Shown piece by piece: positions 40,495 through 50,350 of a stretch of DNA of 64,000 bases. Location of the stretch: the IMG/VR virus record IMGVR_UViG_3300025158_000005. One strand, written 5' to 3'. A program made the position numbers and the translations under genes. A model generated the notes under the pieces. It did no database searches, was not told the origin of the DNA, and saw only the letters and a list, made by a program, of their open reading frames with translations. Source of the DNA: a virus. Every line of letters begins with the position of its first letter. Positions within the stretch are counted from its first letter, which is position 1.

Positions 40495-40684
40495 ATGATA
40501 GACGATTCACTAACCGAGAAACGACAAGAAGCATTGCGACAGATTTTTGAAAAAAATTGGTAATGAAAGTTTCAATCGTAAACTACGCAAGGAACTCTTA
40601 GAAATTGAAGAAAGGGAGCAGCGTTATAAATTAGAACAAATGCTTCTTCGGGAAAAACATAGATATGATACTTACAATATATGA
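40495..40684 (+). pseudogene. Small ORF broken by an A7 tract
   Basis: A6 at 40550-40556 would give a 62-aa ORF ending in ATGA at the uvsW start. Confidence 0.45.
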
Positions 40685-42195
40685 CAGATAAACTAACAAT
40701 AACAAAAAAGAACGAGTCCTGGTTGCACCTAGATGCAGAAGTCTGGATGCTTCAAGAATTAGACGATGCATTCAAGTTCCAAATGCCTGGGTTTCAACAT
40801 ACGCCACAATTCAAGAATAAGGTATGGGACGGATATGTCCATTTGATATCCGTATATAAGCAAAAAACTCACGTCGGCATCGCCCGGCAGATTATTGAAT
40901 TTTGCGAATCCCGAAATTATGAGTGCGTTATGAGTGATTCTCAATATGGGCTTCCAATTGAGAAATCGTCTGTGACCGCACCAGAACTTGTTGATTTTGT
41001 AAAGTCATTGAATCTTCATTCTGATGGTAATTTAATTGAATTTAGAGATTATCAATATGAAGCAATATATCGGGCACTCAGAAACTACAGACGACTAATT
41101 TTATCTCCGACAGGTTCAGGCAAATCAGCTCAAATCTATGCGATAGCCAGATATCTTATTGAATCTGATCTTAGAGTTTTGTTGATGGTTCCTACTGTGT
41201 CTCTTGTCAATCAAATGAAATCCGATTTCATTGATTACTCATCGAAGAATGAATGGAACGTCGAAGATAATGTTCATGTGATATATGCTGGACAAGTTAA
41301 AAATTCAAAGAAAAGTTTTTTTATATCCACGTGGCAATCACTTCAAACAAAGTCTAATATACCAGATGAATGGTTTGCTCAGTTTGATGCGATTATTGTG
41401 GATGAAGTTCATCAAGGCAAATCAAAAGAGATTTCTAGTATTGTAGAAAAATGCATCAACGCTAAGTATAAAGTGGGTTTTACTGGATCATTGGATAGAT
41501 CAAAGACCCACAAACAGATGCTCATTTCGTTGTTTGGTGAAGTTTCAAAGGTAGCATCAACAAAAGAACTTCAAGAGAGAAAACTTTTAAGCGACATAAA
41601 AATCAAGAACATAGTTTTCAAGTATTCTGCTGATACCTGTAAAACACTAAGAAAGACCGAATATGCTAAAGAAATGGATTTTATCATTGGTCATGAGAAA
41701 CGTAATAAATTTATTAGAAATCTTGCATTATCTCTATCGGGAAACACTCTTATATTATTCAATTTTATCGAAAAACATGGGGATGTTCTGCATAGACTTA
41801 TTAGCGAGTCTGCCGGCGATAGACCCGTTTACTACGTTCATGGCGGAACTCCACCAGCGGAAAGGGAATCGATACGAAATTTGATTGAGACTGGAAATGA
41901 TGTTATAGTATTAGCATCATCTGGTGTGTTCTCGACCGGTGTGAACGTCAAGAGAATACACAACATCATGTTTACCAGCCCGACAAAATCCCTCATTCGA
42001 GTTATTCAGAGTATCGGTAGAGGATTGAGAATGTCCAAAGACAAGACACACGTTACCTTGTTTGATCTAGCGGATGATTTGCGAATTGGTAAGCATGAAA
42101 ATCATACGTGGGACCACTTTGAAAAAAGACTGGAAATTTACTCCAAAGAGGGATTCGAATATAGTATCATAGACATTGATTTGGAGAATAAATGA
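40681..42195 (+). CDS. uvsW: SF2 helicase UvsW
   Basis: SPTGSGKS, DEVH, GFTGS and QSIGRGLR motifs. Confidence 0.95.
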   Translation: MTDKLTITKKNESWLHLDAEVWMLQELDDAFKFQMPGFQHTPQFKNKVWDGYVHLISVYKQKTHVGIARQIIEFCESRNYECVMSDSQYGLPIEKSSVTAPELVDFVKSLNLHSDGNLIEFRDYQYEAIYRALRNYRRLILSPTGSGKSAQIYAIARYLIESDLRVLLMVPTVSLVNQMKSDFIDYSSKNEWNVEDNVHVIYAGQVKNSKKSFFISTWQSLQTKSNIPDEWFAQFDAIIVDEVHQGKSKEISSIVEKCINAKYKVGFTGSLDRSKTHKQMLISLFGEVSKVASTKELQERKLLSDIKIKNIVFKYSADTCKTLRKTEYAKEMDFIIGHEKRNKFIRNLALSLSGNTLILFNFIEKHGDVLHRLISESAGDRPVYYVHGGTPPAERESIRNLIETGNDVIVLASSGVFSTGVNVKRIHNIMFTSPTKSLIRVIQSIGRGLRMSKDKTHVTLFDLADDLRIGKHENHTWDHFEKRLEIYSKEGFEYSIIDIDLENK

Positions 42196-42680
42196 ACAAG
42201 AACGAACGAGCACCAGTTATCGTAATGTTGGATAATGGAGATACCCTATTTACAGAAACTGATGGTATTGCTGATGAGAACGATTTTATGACACTATATT
42301 TGCCGCATAGGGTAACAGCAAACGAAAATCAAATACTACTAATGCAATGGGTTCCGTTCTCTGAAGATGAAGAATATTTTGTGCATATTTCAAAGATTCT
42401 AAACGTTTGTCATATGGATGAGCAACATAAGCGGCTGTTCGGCAGCGTTGTAGCCACAAACGTCATGCGCAATTTAAAAGATCGAATCGTAACAGCAGTA
42501 AAACTAAACGTTCGTTTGAACGAAGAACTGGATATTCTTCTTAGTGATATGCTAATGTCATTACTAGAAATATCTAATCGGTATAACATGGAGAAACCAA
42601 AACTAAAAGACATTCATAATCAGTTTTATAGTTTAGTTTCTAGCACTTTCCCGGAGCACAAATCAAATTATGTCAACTAA
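42192..42680 (+). CDS. Conserved hypothetical protein upstream of gp55
   Basis: L.NG and WVPFS motifs; synteny. Confidence 0.6.
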   Translation: MNKNERAPVIVMLDNGDTLFTETDGIADENDFMTLYLPHRVTANENQILLMQWVPFSEDEEYFVHISKILNVCHMDEQHKRLFGSVVATNVMRNLKDRIVTAVKLNVRLNEELDILLSDMLMSLLEISNRYNMEKPKLKDIHNQFYSLVSSTFPEHKSNYVN

Positions 42681-42830
42681 ATTATTTAGATGCTTTAGAT
42701 ATTTGTTGAATCCCATCAATGTCATTTCTTTTCTAACAGAGATTCTACAAATGATACGTTCTCTTTTTATTCCTGTCATTGATTTGCGTATTTTATTTTT
42801 ATGATCTTCAGTGATGTATTTATGTAACAT
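42663..42830 (-). pseudogene. Remnant of a NUMOD3-type homing endonuclease C-terminus
   Basis: TEDHKNKIRKSMTG motif; AT-rich; minus-strand CATAAATA. Confidence 0.5.
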
Positions 42831-42842
42831 AAGGAAATAAAC

Positions 42843-43373
42843 ATGAAAAAACAAACAAATCATTATGTTTCGAATGATGATTTTATTATTGCACTTACCG
42901 AACGTAGAGCAATTTTAGCGAAACTTGCTCCCGATGAAGAAAAGCCTGTTATTTCTGATTATATTGCCAAGTGTATATTCGATATTTGTAACAAGTTATC
43001 ATATCGCCCAAACTTCATAGGTTATTCTTTCCGCCAAGAAATGGTTGGCGATGCACTGGAAAATTGTCTACGAGTCGTTGATAATTATGATCCCGAAATC
43101 TCAAAATACGCATTTGCTTACTTTACACAAATTGCTTGGTATGCCTTTGTTCGTAGAATTGGCACTGAACAGAAACAATCCTACATCAAAGCAAAAATTA
43201 TCGAGAGTATGCCTATCAATGAACTTATCAACACTGAAGATGGTGAGATAGGCGCCGTAATCGAAGATATGAGACAGCAATATTACTTTGACACAAAAGG
43301 TTATGAGGCAGCAAAGGCTGCGAAAAAGAAAGTGATAAAGGACTCTCTCGAAGAATTCATGGAAGAGAAATAA
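42843..43373 (+). CDS. gp55: Late-transcription sigma factor gp55
   Basis: HYVSN, LSYRPNF.GYSF..EMVGD and FAYFTQIAW.AF.RRI..E.KQ motifs. Confidence 0.95.
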   Translation: MKKQTNHYVSNDDFIIALTERRAILAKLAPDEEKPVISDYIAKCIFDICNKLSYRPNFIGYSFRQEMVGDALENCLRVVDNYDPEISKYAFAYFTQIAWYAFVRRIGTEQKQSYIKAKIIESMPINELINTEDGEIGAVIEDMRQQYYFDTKGYEAAKAAKKKVIKDSLEEFMEEK

Positions 43374-43374
43374 C

Positions 43375-44433
43375 ATGAAAGTTATTGTATTGGGTGACGT
43401 GCATATCGGTGCAAGAAACGATAGCCAAGTATTTGCTGATTATCATATCTCATTTTTTACGGAACAGTTGTTTCCGTACATGAAAAAGCATAAGATCAAA
43501 CATATAATTCAACTAGGAGACATATTTGATCGTAGAAAGTTCGTAAACTTTGTTGTTCTAAATCAATGGAAGACAAAAGTTTTCGATTATATGCAGGCCG
43601 AGAAAATTACAATGGACGTGTTGCTAGGCAATCATGACGTGTATTTTCGGAATACGAATGATGTGAGTTCTCCTGTTCTTCTTTTGCGCGAATATTATAA
43701 CATAAACGTTTTTGTTGAGCCTACCGACGTAACCATTGGCACCTCAAAATTTATGTACATCCCTTGGATAAACTCAAGCAATCTTGAGTCTACACTGGAA
43801 AAGGTGAAAGCGTCGGAAGCGATTGCCGCATTTGGTCATTTCGAGTTCGCGGGCTTTCAGATGGATAAAGGACAGAAGCATGAGGACGGTCTTTCGACTA
43901 AAGACTTCAAGAAGTTTGATTCTGTATATTCTGGGCACTTTCATCACCGCAATGATGATGGGCATGTTTTTTATGTTGGTACGCCATATCAGATCACGTG
44001 GGTCGACCATGAATCCACAAAGGGATTCCACGTATTTGGCACGTCCACACTGGAAATGACATTCATCGAAAATCCTAATTTGTTGTTCCATCGTATGGTC
44101 TATGATGATCAACTTGACCCAGACAATCATTACAAATCGTTTGATCTTTCTGGTCTAGCAGGTAAGTATGTAAAAATCATCGTTTCAAGCAAAACAAATC
44201 TATATGGATTCGATCAGTTGTTGTCCAAGCTGTACGCGCAAGGACCTGCGGACGTGAAGATCATCGAGAACGTCCAAGAACAGGAACAGTCCGGCGAAAA
44301 ACTTGATCTTGAGAGCACCAAAGAAATTCTTGACAAAGCGGTGGACTCGCTTGATAATGTTCTAGATAAAAAAGTTCTCAAGAAAATGCTCCGCGCACTC
44401 TATACGGAAGCACAACAAATGGAAGTCGTATGA
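43375..44433 (+). CDS. gp47: Recombination endonuclease gp47 (Mre11-like)
   Basis: GDVHIG, LGDIFD, GNHD and SGHFH motifs. Confidence 0.95.
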   Translation: MKVIVLGDVHIGARNDSQVFADYHISFFTEQLFPYMKKHKIKHIIQLGDIFDRRKFVNFVVLNQWKTKVFDYMQAEKITMDVLLGNHDVYFRNTNDVSSPVLLLREYYNINVFVEPTDVTIGTSKFMYIPWINSSNLESTLEKVKASEAIAAFGHFEFAGFQMDKGQKHEDGLSTKDFKKFDSVYSGHFHHRNDDGHVFYVGTPYQITWVDHESTKGFHVFGTSTLEMTFIENPNLLFHRMVYDDQLDPDNHYKSFDLSGLAGKYVKIIVSSKTNLYGFDQLLSKLYAQGPADVKIIENVQEQEQSGEKLDLESTKEILDKAVDSLDNVLDKKVLKKMLRALYTEAQQMEVV

Positions 44434-46145
44434 TCAAGTTTGGTTCAATCACACTAAAAAATTTCATGTCGGTCGGCAATTCGCCTCTCGTTATCGACTA
44501 CAATCAAGCAAAGTCTGTACTTGTTACCGCAACAAATGGAACAGGAAAAAGTTCCATTATGCTAGACTCTTTGACGTTTGCTCTGTATGGTAAACCCTAT
44601 CGAAACATCAATATTCCCCAGATTATAAATTCCGTAAATCAGAAGGGACTTGAGGTCGATCTTACTTTCACTGTGAACAAGGTGAAATATCGCATTGTAC
44701 GAGGCATCAAGCCTAAGAAGTTTGAAATCTACAAGAACGGCAAGTTGCTCAATCAAGACGCGGACACGCGAGACTACCAGAAGGTGCTTGAACAAACAAT
44801 CTTGAAGATGAACTATCAAACGTTCACTCAAGTGGTCATTATGGGTTCGGGCAATTATGTGCCTTTTATGAGACTAAAGGCGGCAGCAAGACGTGAGTTC
44901 ATCGAAGACATTCTTGATATCAAGATTTTTTCTGTCATGAATAACTTATTGAAACAACAAGTAAAAACACACTACGAAGAACTTGACAAGATAACCACAA
45001 ACATCAACTTCTTGAAAGAGAAGATCAAGATGCAGCAGTCGTTTGTGGAAAAGTTGGAGAGCGAAAAAGAGGGTAAGAAATCTGACATTGAGAAGGAAAT
45101 CATTCGACTGAATGAAGAAGTTCACGCACAATTCGTAAAGATAGAAATGTTGACGTTGGGCATCAACGCAGCAGAGTTGGACGATACCGCTTTCGAACGG
45201 ATAACAACCAAGAAGTCCGAATTGCTCAATATCGCAAAGCAGATCAAGACGAACATCGCAAAGCAAGACAAGGACAAAGACTTCTACGCAACCACCGATA
45301 TTTGCCCCACATGTCACCAGAGCATTGAGGAACATCATCGGGAAAATTTGATCAAGAAGTCGACCAGCAAGATTGTTGAGTTCGAAGAAGGTCTAAAGGA
45401 AATCGAAGAACGCATGAAGTCGTTCAATGAGCAAATCACACGTATTAGCGAAACGCAGGATCAGATAAGAAAACTACAAAGCGAAATCGGAACATGCAAC
45501 AGTGCGATTGCTATTGCCAATTCATTGTTATCAAAACATCATCAAGAACTCGGAAACATGTTGCAGGACAACGGTTCCATCGATGATGAAAAGGAAAAGT
45601 TGAGTTCCCTAGCTAAAGATATCTTGTCGGCGTCCGAAACTAAAAAAGAACTGAAGAAACAGGAATCGTACTATGATGCTATCTCTGGAATGCTCAAGGA
45701 CACTGGCATCAAGACTAGAATCATCAAGCAATACGTACCTGTCTTGAACGGGCTGATCAAAAAATATCTTGACCTGATGGATCTGTTTGTTTCATTTGAG
45801 TTGGATGAAAATTTCAACGAAACTGTAAAGAGTAGACACCGCGACACGTTCACCTACGAATCCTTTAGTGCGGGGGAGCAGCAACGAATAAACTTGGCTC
45901 TAATGTTTGTTTTTCGTGACGTTGCTCGTCTAAAGTCATCTGTAAATACGAACCTCTTGATCATGGATGAAATCATGGATCAGTCACTTGATCAAGCTGG
46001 CATCGATGGATTCTTGAGCATCGTTGAATCACTAAAGGACACAAATCTGTTCGTGATCAGTCATCGGGAGAACCTTGGGGATCGTTTCGATGCTAATCTA
46101 AAGCTGACAAAACATGGTAATTTTACAGTGCTTGACAATAATTAA
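44430..46145 (+). CDS. gp46: Recombination ATPase gp46 (Rad50-like)
   Basis: NGTGKS, CPTC hook, FSAGE and IMDE motifs. Confidence 0.95.
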   Translation: MIKFGSITLKNFMSVGNSPLVIDYNQAKSVLVTATNGTGKSSIMLDSLTFALYGKPYRNINIPQIINSVNQKGLEVDLTFTVNKVKYRIVRGIKPKKFEIYKNGKLLNQDADTRDYQKVLEQTILKMNYQTFTQVVIMGSGNYVPFMRLKAAARREFIEDILDIKIFSVMNNLLKQQVKTHYEELDKITTNINFLKEKIKMQQSFVEKLESEKEGKKSDIEKEIIRLNEEVHAQFVKIEMLTLGINAAELDDTAFERITTKKSELLNIAKQIKTNIAKQDKDKDFYATTDICPTCHQSIEEHHRENLIKKSTSKIVEFEEGLKEIEERMKSFNEQITRISETQDQIRKLQSEIGTCNSAIAIANSLLSKHHQELGNMLQDNGSIDDEKEKLSSLAKDILSASETKKELKKQESYYDAISGMLKDTGIKTRIIKQYVPVLNGLIKKYLDLMDLFVSFELDENFNETVKSRHRDTFTYESFSAGEQQRINLALMFVFRDVARLKSSVNTNLLIMDEIMDQSLDQAGIDGFLSIVESLKDTNLFVISHRENLGDRFDANLKLTKHGNFTVLDNN

Positions 46146-46160
46146 CATCTTCTGTAACAT
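46132..46160 (+). promoter_or_regulatory. Early promoter TTGACA-N17-TAACAT
   Basis: Member of the TTGACAATAATT...TG-TAANAT family. Confidence 0.65.
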
Positions 46161-46203
46161 GTAGTCATTCGCTCAATATTAGATTGTAAAGAGGATGACT
46201 ATC

Positions 46204-46320
46204 ATGAAATCGTTCAAAGAATTCGTTGCGGAAGAAGTTGAAAATTATGAACGTTCTCCTTTCAAAGTCATGAAGATCACAATCATGGCATCTGGTGCTC
46301 GTATCAAGGAAGTAGAATAA
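46204..46320 (+). CDS. 38-aa peptide with a capsid-targeting-like leader
   Basis: MKSFKEFVAEE; GAGGA RBS. Confidence 0.5.
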   Translation: MKSFKEFVAEEVENYERSPFKVMKITIMASGARIKEVE

Positions 46321-46324
46321 AAGT

Positions 46325-46353
46325 TTGACAATAATTCGGCACTTATGTAAGAT
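46325..46353 (+). promoter_or_regulatory. Early promoter TTGACA-N17-TAAGAT
   Basis: Near-identical copy at 55435-55463. Confidence 0.75.
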
Positions 46354-46391
46354 GTATTACATGAGAATTACTTTTGATATGGAGTTTTGTA

Positions 46392-48488
46392 ATGGCTAAT
46401 ATGCAAGTGGGTATGGGCTCGGTAGAGACTAACTTGACCAACGCGGTTGAGTTTAGTATGTCGCAAACTAATGGTAAGAAGTTGATTGCCATGCTTTCAA
46501 ACTTCCTTTACACTGACAAGGAATACGCGGTTCTGTCGGAGTTGTCAGCAAACGGTGTTGATGCACACCGTATGGTCGGTAAGGAAGATGAACCTATTCG
46601 AATCACCATGCCAACACCTGTTGAGCCGGACTTGGTAATTCGTGACTATGGTCCTGGTATGTCTGAACCCGACTTGTTCAAGTTTCTGACCCAATTTGGC
46701 GAATCGTCTAAGCAAGATGACGCAAACGCCATCGGCTTTTACGGCATCGGTTCAAAGTCTGTTGCGTCTGTTTCAAGCACGTGGTCGCTCGTTTCCCATC
46801 ATAATGGAAAGATGATCAAACTTGAAGTTTTCGTAAACGGGGAAGGTAGTCTCGCGCTGTCAAAAGTCTTCGAAGGTAAGACCGAAGAAAGCGGTCTTGA
46901 AGTCCGAATTCCTATCGAAAAGAATAAGTTTCATCTGTGGGAGTCCGCTGCTCATAAGGCATTCAAGCACTATCGGGTTCTTCCGAAGTTCAACAGGAAT
47001 ATCGGCATTGTGAAGACCAGCTATAAAAAGCAAACTGAAAAGTATGGTATTCGGTCTGACTATGTCAGCGGCATCAACGTAATCACAACGATGCGCGAAT
47101 ATCCACTTGATGCGAAAAAGTTGGGCGGTTCAATCGATCAACCGTTGATTCTCAGTCTTTTCAAAAACAACATTGACCTGTTCTTCGAAACGAGTTCCAT
47201 TGACTTGGGCATTTCTCGGGAACAGATTCAATACAATACCAAGACCACAACGGCGATCATTAATCGTTTGAAGGAAATTGGTAGTGAAATGTTGTCGGAA
47301 ATCAAGGCTGCAATTTCTGTTGCTAAAAATGGCGTCGAGTATCGCAGTCTCGTAATGACTCAATGGAACAACTATCCTCATGATTTCGTCCGCGAGGCGG
47401 TAAAGGGAAATTCATACGGGGTTGTTGATCTTCCCAACGATTTTCGACGTTATTGTGTGACATGGAAACCTGGCGTAAGTCTGTCAATAGTGCATCGGGG
47501 CGAGTACAAGAACATCAACGACGCCCTCAGGAATTTCAACTGTTGGCGAACTTACGCGGTGAATGTTAGTGAATCGTTTGACCTTAATACTAACAAAGAT
47601 TATCGCACACTTTCCGTTGCGATTGATCAAATCGCACGAGTCAAGGTTGTCTTGCGTGAAGGTGTTCGGGATGCTGCCGCACGTGTAAAACAAGCTTACA
47701 AAGGATCGACCGACTTTTTCGTGATCATGGAAGAAAATCTGCTTGGTCCAGAGTTTCCTGTCATAAATGCATCGTCTTTGCCTAAGGTTCCTCGTACCAC
47801 AAAAAGACGCGGAACGTCTGATGATGATTATTACCTGCTTGATGGACGCATGTTTGTACGTATTACCAAGATGCAAGCAGAAGGATACACAGACAAGGTG
47901 TCATTGAACATCAGGGATGCTCGTTCTCGTGATGCTAATCCAGAATTCACGTCTACCGTCAAATTTCTACATAACCAAGGATATTATGTTATTGGTCACA
48001 AGGGCGAAGTTCTTGCTTTTGATGACCAAAAGACTGCAATGAAAAAGTTCATCGAAAACCTGAAAAATAGTCCAGCTCTTGCAGAGGATATCGAAAATGC
48101 TAAGATTAACTGGTTGGGTTCTGCTGTGCGCAACAATCGAGTGTTCGGCAATTTGACGTTTTACGACATAAAGTCAACTAAACTTGATGAAATCCTTAAA
48201 CCAGTTAAGGATATTATTTGCGTCGTAAAGGCGAAACACATTGATATTACTCGTCAATATGGTTCAACGACTGCAATTTTGGAGACGTTAGAACAAGCAT
48301 GTCGGATTTCAGGAGAAACGCTGGATGTTATTGATATCATTAATTACGAAAACATCGAAAAAATTTGCAAAGAAATCTATCCGATGTTACAATATATTGA
48401 ATTTGACAGGTACGTTGGTGGGACTATTTGGACTGATCGACGCGCGCATATTCAAGAGTATGTAAATCTAATCGAAAAAGGAGTTTGA
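46392..48488 (+). CDS. rIIA: rIIA-like protein (GHKL ATPase N-terminus)
   Basis: LYTDK..AVLSEL.AN.VDAH, IRDYGPGMS and IGFYGIGSKS motifs; adjacent to rIIB. Confidence 0.85.
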   Translation: MANMQVGMGSVETNLTNAVEFSMSQTNGKKLIAMLSNFLYTDKEYAVLSELSANGVDAHRMVGKEDEPIRITMPTPVEPDLVIRDYGPGMSEPDLFKFLTQFGESSKQDDANAIGFYGIGSKSVASVSSTWSLVSHHNGKMIKLEVFVNGEGSLALSKVFEGKTEESGLEVRIPIEKNKFHLWESAAHKAFKHYRVLPKFNRNIGIVKTSYKKQTEKYGIRSDYVSGINVITTMREYPLDAKKLGGSIDQPLILSLFKNNIDLFFETSSIDLGISREQIQYNTKTTTAIINRLKEIGSEMLSEIKAAISVAKNGVEYRSLVMTQWNNYPHDFVREAVKGNSYGVVDLPNDFRRYCVTWKPGVSLSIVHRGEYKNINDALRNFNCWRTYAVNVSESFDLNTNKDYRTLSVAIDQIARVKVVLREGVRDAAARVKQAYKGSTDFFVIMEENLLGPEFPVINASSLPKVPRTTKRRGTSDDDYYLLDGRMFVRITKMQAEGYTDKVSLNIRDARSRDANPEFTSTVKFLHNQGYYVIGHKGEVLAFDDQKTAMKKFIENLKNSPALAEDIENAKINWLGSAVRNNRVFGNLTFYDIKSTKLDEILKPVKDIICVVKAKHIDITRQYGSTTAILETLEQACRISGETLDVIDIINYENIEKICKEIYPMLQYIEFDRYVGGTIWTDRRAHIQEYVNLIEKGV

Positions 48489-48490
48489 AA

Positions 48491-49690
48491 ATGTCGTATT
48501 CTCACATTGTTACAAGCAATTATGTGTCTGTCATGAACTTGGAAACGGGCGAAGTGACGAAGTTTACAAGCGATCATCCAAAGTTCGCTGATGCAGTAGC
48601 AGGAATCAAGTCTGGTAATTACGAAGCCGTTACTAAAATGTCTGTCGCCAAGATCATCACCGATTATGGGTCAAAGTCTGGGGACGTTATCTCCGTCGCA
48701 AATGGGGTCGTTTACTACATGATGCCGAACGGCGAAAAGACGGAATTGCATAACACTATGACCACTCGTGTCTTGGCAATGATTCATGACGGTTTTGATG
48801 CTGCTCCTCTGGTTGCTTTCATGAACAACTTGATGTCCAATCCTTCAAAGGTTGCGGTCGATGAACTGTATTTGTTCTTGGAAGAAACCGAACTTCCCAT
48901 CACATCCGATGGGCATTTCATTGCCTACAAAATGGTTAACAACAATTACACTTCCATTCATGATGGCAAGTTTATGAACGCTGTTGGAACTGTTGTTGAA
49001 ATGCCTCGCAACACGGTGGATGACCGCCGTGAAAATACGTGTTCGCAAGGTCTTCACTTCTGTTCCAAGAACTATCTTGACAAGTATGGCAATGGTGATG
49101 GTGACCGACTGTTGCTGGTTAAGATCAATCCTGCGGATGTGGTGTCGATTCCTTCTGACTATAATAACGCAAAGGGTCGTGCTGCCAAGTATCTGATTTG
49201 GAAGGATATTACCGCACCTGGTTGGAAGCAAAAGTATCTGAACAAGGATTACAACGAGAAGTCTGTTGAAGTCATTGATGCTCCTGTTGAATCCCGCAAT
49301 ATCGAACTAACCAATACAGAATATCGTATTCTTGATTCCATCAACAATTTTATTGTTGATTATGGATATCTTAATGAAGATGAACTTGATACAACTTTCT
49401 TGGATCTTGGACTTGACAGACTTGATCTTGTTAAATTGATCATGAATGTCGAGGAAGACCTTGGTTTTGATGCTGATGATATTGATTGTACCGCATCTAT
49501 CGGAATGACGGTATATGAACTGATCAAAAAGATTACCGAGACTTACAAAAACGTGACTGCACCTCGGGCTGCCGTAGTATGCCCATCTTGCGGTAGTGGA
49601 TCGGTTCATAAGAAGGGGTTCAATTTTGACGGCACCAAGCAACGGTACAAGTGTAATCATTGTGGTCATAACTTCTACAAGGATATTTAA
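48491..49690 (+). CDS. rIIB: rIIB-like protein with an ACP-like and Zn-ribbon C-terminal extension
   Basis: NPS..AVDELY.FL, IT.DG.FIAYK, TCSQGLH and KINPADVVSIPSDY..KGR motifs; tail LGLDRLD and CPSC..YKC..C. Confidence 0.85.
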   Translation: MSYSHIVTSNYVSVMNLETGEVTKFTSDHPKFADAVAGIKSGNYEAVTKMSVAKIITDYGSKSGDVISVANGVVYYMMPNGEKTELHNTMTTRVLAMIHDGFDAAPLVAFMNNLMSNPSKVAVDELYLFLEETELPITSDGHFIAYKMVNNNYTSIHDGKFMNAVGTVVEMPRNTVDDRRENTCSQGLHFCSKNYLDKYGNGDGDRLLLVKINPADVVSIPSDYNNAKGRAAKYLIWKDITAPGWKQKYLNKDYNEKSVEVIDAPVESRNIELTNTEYRILDSINNFIVDYGYLNEDELDTTFLDLGLDRLDLVKLIMNVEEDLGFDADDIDCTASIGMTVYELIKKITETYKNVTAPRAAVVCPSCGSGSVHKKGFNFDGTKQRYKCNHCGHNFYKDI

Positions 49691-49692
49691 AC

Positions 49693-50055
49693 ATGATTAA
49701 AATGACGCACTTCTGTGAGTATTGTGGTGAAGAATTGATTGATGGTGAATACCATATGTGTGAAGGACTTGCTGCTGGTATTGCTAAGTACGTTCGGGTT
49801 GAATTGAAAACTAACACGGCATGTAATGATCCCGTCAACCGTCCTAAGCATTACACGTCACATCCGTCTGGAGTTGAGTGTATCGACATTACGAAACATT
49901 ACAACTTCCAGATTGGAAACGCCATGAAGTATCTATGGCGTCAAGGGCTGAAAGATGAGGTTGGTCTTGATTCTGTCGAAAAACAGATTCAAGATTGTGA
50001 AAAGGCAGTTTGGTACATCCAAAGTTTTATCGACGATTTGAAGAAGGAAGTATAG
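49693..50055 (+). CDS. DUF3310-family protein
   Basis: DPVN.PKHY...VECIDI....F..GNAMKYLWR pattern. Confidence 0.8.
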   Translation: MIKMTHFCEYCGEELIDGEYHMCEGLAAGIAKYVRVELKTNTACNDPVNRPKHYTSHPSGVECIDITKHYNFQIGNAMKYLWRQGLKDEVGLDSVEKQIQDCEKAVWYIQSFIDDLKKEV

Positions 50056-50056
50056 T

Positions 50057-50347
50057 ATGGCGCATACTCGTAACAAAATGAAGCACTGGCGCAAATTGGG
50101 GAACAAGATTGTCATTGACGTTCCCAAGCTCAAGACTGAAACCAATGCAGATGGAGTTGAAACTCGCGTTACTGACGGCACGGATCAACATCGACTGACA
50201 GGTCGACAACTCAAGTCATATACGCAGAACTGGGGCAGCGTCAAGACTCCAACTGGTCTGTTGAAAGATTTGCTTTCTCGTGCCGGGTGTAGTATTATTG
50301 ATGTAGATGAAGTAGTTGTGTCTGTACCAGAACCTGAAGGAGTATAA
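50057..50347 (+). CDS. Hypothetical protein
   Basis: 96-aa ORF with RBS. Confidence 0.55.
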   Translation: MAHTRNKMKHWRKLGNKIVIDVPKLKTETNADGVETRVTDGTDQHRLTGRQLKSYTQNWGSVKTPTGLLKDLLSRAGCSIIDVDEVVVSVPEPEGV

Positions 50348-50350
50348 TAT

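Noticed and set aside
49580-49680. IS1 element suggested by the InsA-like Zn ribbon
   Set aside because: No transposase, terminal inverted repeats or target duplication; it is an in-frame domain of rIIB.
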